Source of the DNA: Candidatus Micrarchaeia archaeon
GTDB lineage: Archaea; Micrarchaeota; Micrarchaeia; Anstonellales; Bilamarchaeaceae
Length of the DNA: 64,000 nt
Direction: 5' to 3'
NCBI GenBank assembly: GCA_046331685.1
Contig: JAXLQI010000003.1
Span: 102,960-166,959 of the forward strand
In this document: piece by piece, positions 56,094-64,000 of the stretch
Layout of the letters: each line of letters begins with the position of its first letter
Position numbering within the stretch: position 1 is the stretch's first letter
Notes under the pieces: model-generated
Database searches by the model: none
Told to the model about the DNA's origin: nothing
Seen by the model: the letters and a program-made list of their open reading frames with translations, nothing else
Made by a program: the position numbers and the translations under genes

Positions 56094-57170
56094 ATGAGCG
56101 GCGGTAAACGGGCAGTGTTAGTGTTGCAGGACGGCACGGTCCTCCAGGGCCTTGGTTTCGGAGCGGAAGCAGAGAGGATGGGGGAGCTTGTTTTCAACAC
56201 TTCCATGATGGGCTACCAGGAAGCCCTTACCGATCCCAGCTATGGCGGCCAGATACTGCTGATGACCTACCCCATGGTCGGCAACTACGGGACCAACAGG
56301 ACCGACCAGGAGAGCGCAAAGGTGCATCCGAGCGGATTCGTAATACGGGAGCTGAGCCGGGACCCGGAGCACCGTGATTCGGTCGCGGACATTGATTCTT
56401 TCCTTCGCGGCAACGGCGTGCCCGGCATATGCGGGATAGACACACGGTTCGTCGTCCGCCGCATCCGCGACAAGGGTGTCATGCCGGCGATCCTCGCCGT
56501 GTCATCCAAGGAGGGCGGTCCCGACCCGAAGAAGCTTGGGAAGAAGCTCGAATTCGACTACTCGTCCATTGATTTCGTGTCGAAAGTGTCCACGGAAAAG
56601 CCACAGGTGTTCGGGAAAGGGAAAAAGAAGGTCGTCCTCATGGATTACGGGGTGAAGATGGGGATCGTCCGCGAGCTCGTCGCCCGCGGCTGCACCGTCC
56701 ACATGCTCCCGAGCTCGAGCTCTGCCGAAGACGTGAAAGCCCTCGAGCCGGATGGGATAATGCTCTCCAACGGGCCAGGCGACCCGGCGATACTCAAGGA
56801 GGCGCACAAGACGATAAGGGATCTTGAGGGCTATCGGCCGGTCTTCGGAGTGTGCCTCGGCCACCAGCTCATCGCCCACGCTTTCGGCGGAGACACGTAC
56901 AAGCTCAAGTTCGGCCACCGCGGCTCAAACCATGCCGTCTTGGATGTCAGCACAAATAAAATCGCGATAACCACGCAGAACCACGGCTACGCGGTAGGGA
57001 AGATCCCGGCGGGGTTCGAGCTCACGCACATCAATGTGAACGACCGGAGCGTGGAAGGAATGGACTGCGAGAAAAAGCGGATCTTCTCGGTCCAGTACCA
57101 CCCGGAAGCATCCCCAGGGCCTCATGACGCCAGATACCTATTCGATAGGTTCATCAAGATGATGGAGTGA
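56094..57170 (+). CDS. carA: Carbamoyl-phosphate synthase small (glutaminase) subunit
   Basis: CPSase small N-domain plus class I glutamine amidotransferase. GVCLGHQ catalytic Cys. 358 aa. Confidence 0.9.
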   Translation: MSGGKRAVLVLQDGTVLQGLGFGAEAERMGELVFNTSMMGYQEALTDPSYGGQILLMTYPMVGNYGTNRTDQESAKVHPSGFVIRELSRDPEHRDSVADIDSFLRGNGVPGICGIDTRFVVRRIRDKGVMPAILAVSSKEGGPDPKKLGKKLEFDYSSIDFVSKVSTEKPQVFGKGKKKVVLMDYGVKMGIVRELVARGCTVHMLPSSSSAEDVKALEPDGIMLSNGPGDPAILKEAHKTIRDLEGYRPVFGVCLGHQLIAHAFGGDTYKLKFGHRGSNHAVLDVSTNKIAITTQNHGYAVGKIPAGFELTHINVNDRSVEGMDCEKKRIFSVQYHPEASPGPHDARYLFDRFIKMME

Positions 57171-57174
57171 TGGT

Positions 57175-57627
57175 ATGACAGAAAAGAACGAAGGACCAGC
57201 GAACAATGTGAAGTGCAGTTTCTGCGGAAACGACACATGGTGCGAGCAGTGCCAGCGCGAGCCGGGCAAGGCCACGGGGATGGAGCACATCTGCTACGAC
57301 TGCTTCCAGAAGATGGGGGGCGTGCTGCCAGATAACGTCAAGGACAAGACGCACATCTGCATCCCCCCGGAGAAGCTCCAGGAGAACTTCGAGAGGTTCC
57401 TCAGCGAGATGACCCACAGGGCTTTCATGGACCTCTGGGACGCCGAGAAGAAGAAGCTCAAGGAGATGTCGCGCCAGGAGCTCGCGCAGGCGGCCTTCTT
57501 CGAAGGGGCCAGGTTCATGTTCGGATTCATGCAGAAGATGTCCCAGGACAACGAGCAGCGCGCGGTCGACGAGCAGGCCGAGAAAGTTGTTAAGGAAGAG
57601 ACGAAATCCGAAGAAAAGAAAGAGTGA
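57175..57627 (+). CDS. Small Cys-rich (zinc-ribbon-like) protein inserted between carA and carB
   Basis: 150 aa. CSFCGNDTWCEQCQ....HICYDCF is followed by a K/E-rich helical tail. It starts 4 nt after carA and ends 7 nt before carB. Confidence 0.5.
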   Translation: MTEKNEGPANNVKCSFCGNDTWCEQCQREPGKATGMEHICYDCFQKMGGVLPDNVKDKTHICIPPEKLQENFERFLSEMTHRAFMDLWDAEKKKLKEMSRQELAQAAFFEGARFMFGFMQKMSQDNEQRAVDEQAEKVVKEETKSEEKKE

Positions 57628-57634
57628 TCTCGCA

Positions 57635-60600
57635 ATGGCATCAGGTAAGCTGAAGAAGGTCCTTGTGATCGGGTCAGGTCCGATCGTGATAGGCCAGTCC
57701 GCCGAGTTCGACTACTCAGGCGCCCAGGCATGCAAGGCCCTCCGCGAGGAAGGCATCCAGGTCGTTTTGGTTAATTCAAACCCGGCCACCATCCAGACCG
57801 ACAAGGATATCGCCGACCTTGTCTATATCGAGCCGCTGACCACGCCGGTCCTGGAGAGGATAATCGAGCGCGAGAAGCCTGAGGCTCTGCTTGCGACGAT
57901 GGGCGGGCAGACCGCCCTCAACCTCTCGATGGACCTCCACCGCAAGGGCATCCTGAAGAAGCACGGAGTCCGTTTCCTCGGGACCGACGCCGAGGCTATC
58001 GATGTGGCGGAGTCCCGGGAGAAATTCAACCGGCTGATGGAGCGGATCGGCATCCCCATCCTGCCGGGCAAAGTGGTCACAGATGTCCCTGCCGCGGTCG
58101 AATTCGTGAAGGGGATCGGCTACCCGGTCATCATCCGCCCCTCGTTCACCCTGGGAGGCACCGGGGGCGGGACGGCTTATGACGACTCCGAACTGAAACG
58201 GATCCTCGAGTTCGCCCTGCGCCTCAGCGCCACGGGAGAAGCCCTTGTCGAGAGGAGCGCGATCGGCTGGGGGGAATTCGAGTACGAGGTCGTGAGGGAC
58301 TCGGCAGGGAACGCCCAGATCATCTGCAACATGGAGAACATCGATCCGATGGGCGTCCATACCGGGGAGAGCATAGTCGTCGCCCCATCCCAGACGCTCA
58401 GCGATGGGGACCACCAGAAGCTCCGGGACGCATCACTGAAGATAGTCCACGCGATAGGGATCCAGGGGGGCTGCAACGTCCAGCTCTCCATGGACCAGGA
58501 GACCGGCGATTACGTTGTGATAGAGGTGAATCCGAGGCTCTCCCGTTCCTCCGCGCTCGCTTCCAAGGCCACAGGCTACCCGATCGCGAGGGTGGCTACG
58601 AAGATCGCCCTGGGCTTCAGCCTGCCGGACATCAGGAACGCGATAACAGGCACTTCGGCGGCTTTCGAGCCGGCGCTGGATTACTGCGTGGTCAAGATCC
58701 CGAGGTGGCCTTTCGACAAGTTCCCGCGCACCTCCAGAGTCATCGGGACGCAGATGAAAAGCACAGGCGAGGTCATGGCGATAGGGCGGACTTTCCCAGA
58801 GGCCCTCCAGAAAGCCGTGCGCAGCCTCGAAGTGAAGATTCCGAAGGGGATGAACCCGGATGAGCACCTCTTCCCCCCCACCGACCTGCGCCTCTTCGCC
58901 ATGCTTGAAGCGCTGCGGCGCGGAAGGCCAGCTGAAGAGCTCCATAAAATCACGAAGATAAACCCCTGGTTCATACGGAGGATGGAGGAGATCGTGAGGA
59001 TGGAGGGCCGCCTTCGCTCGGAGAAGCTCGGGAAGCAGCTCCTCCTGGAATCGAAGCGGCTCGGCTTCTCGGACTCGCAGATCGCCGCCCTTTGCGGGGT
59101 CGGGGATGAGCTCGCGGTGAGGAAGCTCCGCAAATCCGCCGGAATCGTCCCGACCTACAAGATCGTCGACTCATGCGCCGGCGAGTTCGAGGCTCTGACG
59201 CCGTATTTCTACTCCGTCTATGAGAGCGAGAACGAAGCGGTCCCCATGGGCGGGCGGAAGGTCGTGGTGATAGGCTCCGGGCCGATCCGCATCGGCCAGG
59301 GCATCGAATTCGACTACTGCTGCTCGCACGCGGCCTTCGCGCTCAGGGAACTGGGATACAAGAGCATCATGATAAACAACAATCCCGAGACCGTCAGCAC
59401 AGACTTCGATTCAAGCGACCGGCTTTATTTCGAGCCCCTGACTTTCGAGGACGTCATGAATGTCATCGAGAACGAATCGCCGGAGGGCGTCATAGTCCAG
59501 CTCGGCGGGCAGACCAGCATCAACCTGGCCGAGCCGCTGGAGAAGGCAGGGGCCAAGGTCCTCGGGACCCACACGGACGGGATCGATATCGCAGAGGACC
59601 GCGAGCGCTTCCGGGCGCTTGCGAACAGGCTCAGGATCCCCCAGCCCCAGAACGGCACTGCGGTAAGCGAAGGCCAGGCCCTCGAGGTGGCGGCAAGGAT
59701 CGGTTACCCGATAGTCGTCCGCCCGAGCTATGTGATCGCAGGGAGGGCGATGGAGATCGTGAGGAATGACGCCGAGCTCCGCCGATACATAGGGGAGGCG
59801 GTGGATGTGAGCGAGAAGCGCCCTGTCCTTATAGACAAATACATCGACAACGCCATCGAGTGCGAGGTCGACGCCGTGAGCGACGGCAAGGATGTCTTCA
59901 TCGGCGGCCTGATGGAGCACATAGAGCCTGCAGGCGTGCACTCCGGGGATGCGAACATAGTCCTGCCGTCCATGCGCCTCTCGGCCGGGGAGAAGAAGAC
60001 GATCGACGAGTACACCCTGAAGATCTCAAGGGCCCTAGGCATCGTGGGCCTTGTGAACATCCAGTATGTGGTCAAGGGAGGCGTCGTCTACATCCTCGAG
60101 GCCAATCCGAGGGCGAGCCGCACCGTCCCGTTCGTCAGCAAGGCGATCGGGCTGCCCCTCATCAAGGTCGCAATCAAGGCGATGCTGGGAGCCAAGGTCC
60201 CCAGGCATAAGCCGAAGATGGATCACTTCGCGGTCAAGAGCGTCGTATTCCCGTTCCTCAAGCTCACCGGGACAGACACCAAGCTCGGGCCTGAGATGCG
60301 CAGCACGGGGGAGACCATGGGCATCGGGCGGTCGTTCGAGATGGCATACTACAAGGCCCTGCTCGCGGCCGGGATCAGGCTCGACGACACGAAGGAGCAG
60401 AACGCGTTCATCAGCCTCCGCGACGAGGACAAGATCCACGTCAAGAAGCTCGCAGACCTCCTCGACAAGCTGGGGTTCACAATCTACGGCACCCTCGGCA
60501 CTGTCGGGAGCATACCCGGAGCGATCACAATCCCGAAGATCGGGCAGGGACACCCTGATGTGGTGGAGCTTATAGAATCAGGCACGATCAACCTTGTCGT

Positions 60601-60781
60601 CAACACCCCCACGAAGGGGGGTGGATCGCATACCGACGGATTCAAGATGCGCCAGGCGAGCATCCATAACGGCATCCCCTGCATCACCAATCTCAATACC
60701 GCCTACGAGCTCCTTCGCGCGATGGCGGAGCTGAAGAAGAAAGACCTCGATATACGCCGCGTCGAGGAATACGCGGGCTGA
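57635..60781 (+). CDS. carB: Carbamoyl-phosphate synthase large subunit
   Basis: Two ATP-grasp halves, an oligomerisation domain and an MGS-like domain. Start set at MASGKLKKVLVIGSGPIVIGQ rather than the upstream in-frame Met. Confidence 0.95.
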   Translation: MASGKLKKVLVIGSGPIVIGQSAEFDYSGAQACKALREEGIQVVLVNSNPATIQTDKDIADLVYIEPLTTPVLERIIEREKPEALLATMGGQTALNLSMDLHRKGILKKHGVRFLGTDAEAIDVAESREKFNRLMERIGIPILPGKVVTDVPAAVEFVKGIGYPVIIRPSFTLGGTGGGTAYDDSELKRILEFALRLSATGEALVERSAIGWGEFEYEVVRDSAGNAQIICNMENIDPMGVHTGESIVVAPSQTLSDGDHQKLRDASLKIVHAIGIQGGCNVQLSMDQETGDYVVIEVNPRLSRSSALASKATGYPIARVATKIALGFSLPDIRNAITGTSAAFEPALDYCVVKIPRWPFDKFPRTSRVIGTQMKSTGEVMAIGRTFPEALQKAVRSLEVKIPKGMNPDEHLFPPTDLRLFAMLEALRRGRPAEELHKITKINPWFIRRMEEIVRMEGRLRSEKLGKQLLLESKRLGFSDSQIAALCGVGDELAVRKLRKSAGIVPTYKIVDSCAGEFEALTPYFYSVYESENEAVPMGGRKVVVIGSGPIRIGQGIEFDYCCSHAAFALRELGYKSIMINNNPETVSTDFDSSDRLYFEPLTFEDVMNVIENESPEGVIVQLGGQTSINLAEPLEKAGAKVLGTHTDGIDIAEDRERFRALANRLRIPQPQNGTAVSEGQALEVAARIGYPIVVRPSYVIAGRAMEIVRNDAELRRYIGEAVDVSEKRPVLIDKYIDNAIECEVDAVSDGKDVFIGGLMEHIEPAGVHSGDANIVLPSMRLSAGEKKTIDEYTLKISRALGIVGLVNIQYVVKGGVVYILEANPRASRTVPFVSKAIGLPLIKVAIKAMLGAKVPRHKPKMDHFAVKSVVFPFLKLTGTDTKLGPEMRSTGETMGIGRSFEMAYYKALLAAGIRLDDTKEQNAFISLRDEDKIHVKKLADLLDKLGFTIYGTLGTVGSIPGAITIPKIGQGHPDVVELIESGTINLVVNTPTKGGGSHTDGFKMRQASIHNGIPCITNLNTAYELLRAMAELKKKDLDIRRVEEYAG

Positions 60782-60816
60782 GGCAATTATAAGCATGCTC
60801 TATCATATATATACAC

Positions 60817-62094
60817 ATGCTCTCACTGGAAAAGCGGTCCTCCGGGTCTTCGCATCGTCCGTGCCGGGCGTTCCTCACCGCCGCGCTCGCAATCTCAATG
60901 CTTCCATCTTCCTGCAGCGGCAGGGTCAACGGGGACGAACGCTCCTCCTGGCTGCCCGCCGTGCGCGTGGACGTGGCAAAGAACGGGGCTCCGCCAGAAG
61001 CGATGCCGATATATGCGGGCATCGACGAGCGGAATCTATACGGCGTCACTCATTATTTCGACAGATACACGGAGATCCCGTCCGGCGACCTCGGGAACAA
61101 GGCAAGGGTGGTCCGGCTCATAATAGAGAAGCTCTCGGAATCATTCGACCTGCGCTACGAGACCGGCGGCAGCATCCTGCGCAACGACGCGTTCATCTTC
61201 ATGGACAACCCCGGAATATGGCCGAGCGCCGTGTATATGAAGGATGCGGCGGTCATTGGCCGGATGCAATTCCTCTCCAAAGACGGATCGACGATAGCTG
61301 ACTGCGGCGCGGGTGACTGCCCGATACGCGACCTCATAGCACTCAAGCTCTCAGGCTCTTTCAAGCCTTCGTCTGATACCCTCTCGGGCCTCACCGAATC
61401 CGAATACGAAAGCATCCGATCCTACTCTCGGGACCTCAGCGAAGAGGTCCTCCACGACTACTACAACGAGTGGCTGTCGGAATCCGAGCGCTCCCTATTC
61501 GTCACCCGTTTCAGCTCGCTCTGGGAGACGGTCTCCATCGGCAAGGACGACGATGGAGTGTTCTCGGAGGCATGGAGGAGCGGCGGGATAGCGTTCGCTA
61601 TAGACGAGAGCGGCGCCATCAAGCCTTATATGCTGAAGGTCCCGGTGACCACAGCGATCTCGGAATTCTGCCCGTCCTGCACACCAGCTGAGGTCCATTC
61701 AGCCGAGATCGCGGCCATCTCGTTCATCCAGGTCATCGGGGCGCAGGCCAGCTCGTTCATGGGCAGCAGCCAGAACTACCTGGGGTTCTACATGTCACAG
61801 GACGCATCGCAGGGGAAGCCGGACGAAGGTTACGGACACTACCGAAAGGTTTTCATCGAGCGCGAGTCATATTCCCATGTAGGGAGAGGCGAGAAAACCC
61901 GCGTTGCTTACCCAAAATTCCTCCGGAGCATGTACGAGCCGTTCTGCAGGTCCGCCTACCTGGACAAGATTTTCAGCGACGGGCTCAAATCCGAGCCGGC
62001 GGTCTCGGCGAATCCCTACCTCTCGGATTACGACAGCTTCCGCGCCCTCGTCTCCTCGCTGATCCCGCTAGTCCTCAAGCACGCCAAAGGCTGA
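60817..62094 (+). CDS. Secreted lipoprotein, hypothetical
   Basis: Signal peptide with a Cys lipobox-like SMLPSSC. 425 aa with protein-like composition. Confidence 0.45.
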   Translation: MLSLEKRSSGSSHRPCRAFLTAALAISMLPSSCSGRVNGDERSSWLPAVRVDVAKNGAPPEAMPIYAGIDERNLYGVTHYFDRYTEIPSGDLGNKARVVRLIIEKLSESFDLRYETGGSILRNDAFIFMDNPGIWPSAVYMKDAAVIGRMQFLSKDGSTIADCGAGDCPIRDLIALKLSGSFKPSSDTLSGLTESEYESIRSYSRDLSEEVLHDYYNEWLSESERSLFVTRFSSLWETVSIGKDDDGVFSEAWRSGGIAFAIDESGAIKPYMLKVPVTTAISEFCPSCTPAEVHSAEIAAISFIQVIGAQASSFMGSSQNYLGFYMSQDASQGKPDEGYGHYRKVFIERESYSHVGRGEKTRVAYPKFLRSMYEPFCRSAYLDKIFSDGLKSEPAVSANPYLSDYDSFRALVSSLIPLVLKHAKG

Positions 62095-62098
62095 TCAT

Positions 62099-63256
62099 TC
62101 AGATGAATATCCGGAAAAGGAGCAGGAGGGTGGGCAATATGATCGCGCCCATCATCGTCGTCCTCCCTGCCCCTGCCCGGAGGGCGAGGAGCCCGCAGAG
62201 CGTAGATGCGCCGAGGACAAGCAACCCGGCCGGGCCGTCGATCAGGAAAGTAAGCGCGGTCAGATACGCCCCGAAAATCAGGTTGAACCTGCTGAAATCT
62301 ATCCCGGCGAGCCCCCCGGCTTTTTTCCTCAAGGCGTAGACCGCGAGCGACGCGAGGCCGGCGCTGAAGCAGAAAACCGATAGGATGGCTGGGAGATCAG
62401 CGCCGATATCCGTGAAACCGGCGAGCCAAGCGGTCGCTCCCACCCTGCTCTTCCCAATCGAGGCCGATGTGGCGAGGGAGAACACCGCCTGGCTCATGGT
62501 TATCGAGCTCGTCGCGGCTAGGTATGCGATACTGTCCAGCGGCACGGCGATGGCGAGCAGGGCCGCCGCCTGGGACGATGAGCCCACTCCCGGGACCATC
62601 ACCGCAGCGAGGCCGATGATGAGGCCATAGAGCGTGAACCTCAGCAGCCCCTTCCCGGCAGGCTCATCGCTCTGCTCGATCACCCCTCCTTTCTGATAGC
62701 TGAATATGCCAGCCATGGCGAACATCCCGGAGAAGAGCGGGAGGAACGGATCGGTCAAGCCGCTCTTGAAGGAGAGGATGCCGAGCATCCCGCTGAGGAT
62801 GAATATCATGATCCCGGCAAGGGGCCGCCGGCTTTTCGCCAGGAGGGCGATGGTCATGGCGACTAGGACGAAACCCATCCATGGTGAGAGCACCGGGTAG
62901 ACCGCAGGGAAAAACCAGAGGGTTGCCGGAAGCAGGGCGACTGCCGCGACGAGCGCGGCGACAGATGAAAGTATCACGCACTTCAGAGCCAGTATCCCTT
63001 TCCCGGACCGTGCCATCCTCTGGCCTGGCAGGGCGATCATGAGCGCTCCCTGGTCGGGCACGCCGAAGAAGATGGCCGGGATGAACGAGGAGATTATATG
63101 GGCCGGGAACAGGGCGGCGATCGCGGTCGCCATGGTCTTCCGATCTAGTCCTGATGAAGCGAGCGCGGAGATGAGCGTGTTGGAGTGCAGGCCAGGGAGC
63201 AGGCCTCCGAGAAGACCGCTGAGGAAACCTATCAGGAACCCTGCCGCATCGCCCAT
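62099..63256 (-). CDS. TctA/DUF112-family integral membrane protein
   Basis: GFLIGFLSGLLGGLLPGL signature. About 10 predicted TM helices. 385 aa. Confidence 0.6.
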   Translation of the reverse strand: MGDAAGFLIGFLSGLLGGLLPGLHSNTLISALASSGLDRKTMATAIAALFPAHIISSFIPAIFFGVPDQGALMIALPGQRMARSGKGILALKCVILSSVAALVAAVALLPATLWFFPAVYPVLSPWMGFVLVAMTIALLAKSRRPLAGIMIFILSGMLGILSFKSGLTDPFLPLFSGMFAMAGIFSYQKGGVIEQSDEPAGKGLLRFTLYGLIIGLAAVMVPGVGSSSQAAALLAIAVPLDSIAYLAATSSITMSQAVFSLATSASIGKSRVGATAWLAGFTDIGADLPAILSVFCFSAGLASLAVYALRKKAGGLAGIDFSRFNLIFGAYLTALTFLIDGPAGLLVLGASTLCGLLALRAGAGRTTMMGAIILPTLLLLFRIFI

Positions 63257-63292
63257 ATCATCCCCCGAAAAAGGATCGGAAGATGAGGCTTA

Positions 63293-64000
63293 TTACCCTA
63301 TCGCTACGTTCCTGACGCGTATGTGCGGCCCGCCGTCGCTGACCGGGACCTCCTGCGAGAATTTCCCGCACACCCCCGGGCTCGTCCCGAAGTCGTCGCC
63401 GACGCATTCGACGTCGAGCAGGGTCTGGAGTATGCTCCCGGTGATGGTAACATCCCTCATCAGGGCCCCCTTCTCCCCGTTCGTTATCTCATATGCCTCC
63501 TCTGCCTTGAACATGAATCCGCCGGAGAATATATCGACGCTCCCGCCCTTCATGCCCTTGAGGTATACGCCGCTCTTTATGGCGAAGACCTCGGAGACGG
63601 CGCTCTCCCCTTTCTGGAAATAGGTGTTGCTCATCCGGACTATGGGAGCCTCCCCGTAATCCTGCGCCCGCGCATGGCCGTTCTTCCCGGCCTTGAGCTC
63701 TGCCGCGGTCTCCATCGATGTCATGAACTCCCGCAGGATCCCCTTCTCCACCAGGGTGGCGGGCCGTGCCGGCGTGCCCTCATCGTCGAACTCATAATGC
63801 CCGAAATCCTGCGCCCCCGGGTCGTCTATTATCGTGACGAGCTCGTTGCCTATCCTCTTCCCGACCTTATCCGCGAGTATGGACTCCCTGTCGATTATGG
63901 AATCGGCCTCGCAGGCATGGCCGACCGCTTCATGGGAGAACACCCCTGTCATCTCAGGGTCGAAGATGACGGTGAACCTACCTTTAGGCGGAGGTATCGC
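63293..64000 (-). CDS. TldD/PmbA-family metallopeptidase. Partial: the N-terminus lies beyond the window end.
   Basis: HEAVGHACE motif and a TldD/PmbA C-terminal domain. The ORF is open to the window edge. Confidence 0.75.
   Translation of the reverse strand, partial: AIPPPKGRFTVIFDPEMTGVFSHEAVGHACEADSIIDRESILADKVGKRIGNELVTIIDDPGAQDFGHYEFDDEGTPARPATLVEKGILREFMTSMETAAELKAGKNGHARAQDYGEAPIVRMSNTYFQKGESAVSEVFAIKSGVYLKGMKGGSVDIFSGGFMFKAEEAYEITNGEKGALMRDVTITGSILQTLLDVECVGDDFGTSPGVCGKFSQEVPVSDGGPHIRVRNVAIG

Noticed and set aside
1-64000. Search for CRISPR arrays, rRNA genes and IS/transposase genes
   Set aside because: There are no regularly spaced direct repeats, no rRNA-like conserved stretches, and no transposase or integrase-like ORFs. 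The only mobile-element-like signal is the small hairpin element at 13.7-13.9 kb, reported separately.

Overview
The window is a 64 kb archaeal chromosomal segment with high GC content. Evidence for an archaeal origin is threefold. It carries archaeal-type ribosomal proteins (L1, L10/P0, L12/P1, uS10 and a tiny eL41 gene that the ORF track does not list). It carries the archaeal AMP-salvage pair, AMP phosphorylase and ribose-1,5-bisphosphate isomerase. It has two intron-containing tRNAs, with TATA-like boxes about 25-30 nt upstream of tRNA-Asp and of the first Lrp gene.

Recognisable housekeeping genes:
- KsgA/Dim1
- a grpE-dnaK-(J-domain)-dnaJ chaperone operon, with a divergent winged-helix regulator
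- purH
- geranylgeranyl reductase
- a dihydrolipoyl-dehydrogenase-like flavoprotein
- aspartate kinase
- ornithine carbamoyltransferase
- carA and carB, with a small Cys-rich ORF wedged between them
- tandem Lrp/AsnC regulators
- an M20 peptidase, an ADP-ribosylglycohydrolase and a HAD hydrolase
- a PHP phosphoesterase
- a Mut7-C RNase-like protein
- DUF1697, DUF4870, a TctA/DUF112 membrane protein and a partial TldD/PmbA

There are also many predicted secreted lipoproteins: an FGE/SUMF1-like protein, an EEP nuclease, a Cys-rich repeat protein and an alpha/beta hydrolase.

The outstanding feature is a three-gene minus-strand operon at about 29.96-46.15 kb. Its centre is a single uninterrupted ORF of roughly 15.5 kb, about 5,150 aa from the most plausible start. 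The protein is rich in K/E/A low-complexity and probable coiled-coil sequence. It contains internal duplicated modules, four Pro/Ala/Lys-rich PEVK-like linkers, a central glycine-rich hydrophobic cluster, and several globular regions with no family I can name. It has no N-terminal signal peptide. It is flanked by tightly coupled small ORFs of 111 aa and 120 aa.

Other notable observations:
- a tRNA-Asp(GUC) whose only consistent fold needs a 35-nt intron in the D-loop
- an adjacent AT-rich, hairpin-dense element with direct repeats that duplicates the tRNA 3' end
- a degenerate translational-GTPase paralog
- an extra J-domain-only protein inside the dnaK operon

Most long plus-strand ORFs opposite the giant gene, and other antisense ORFs, are GC-driven shadow ORFs and were rejected.
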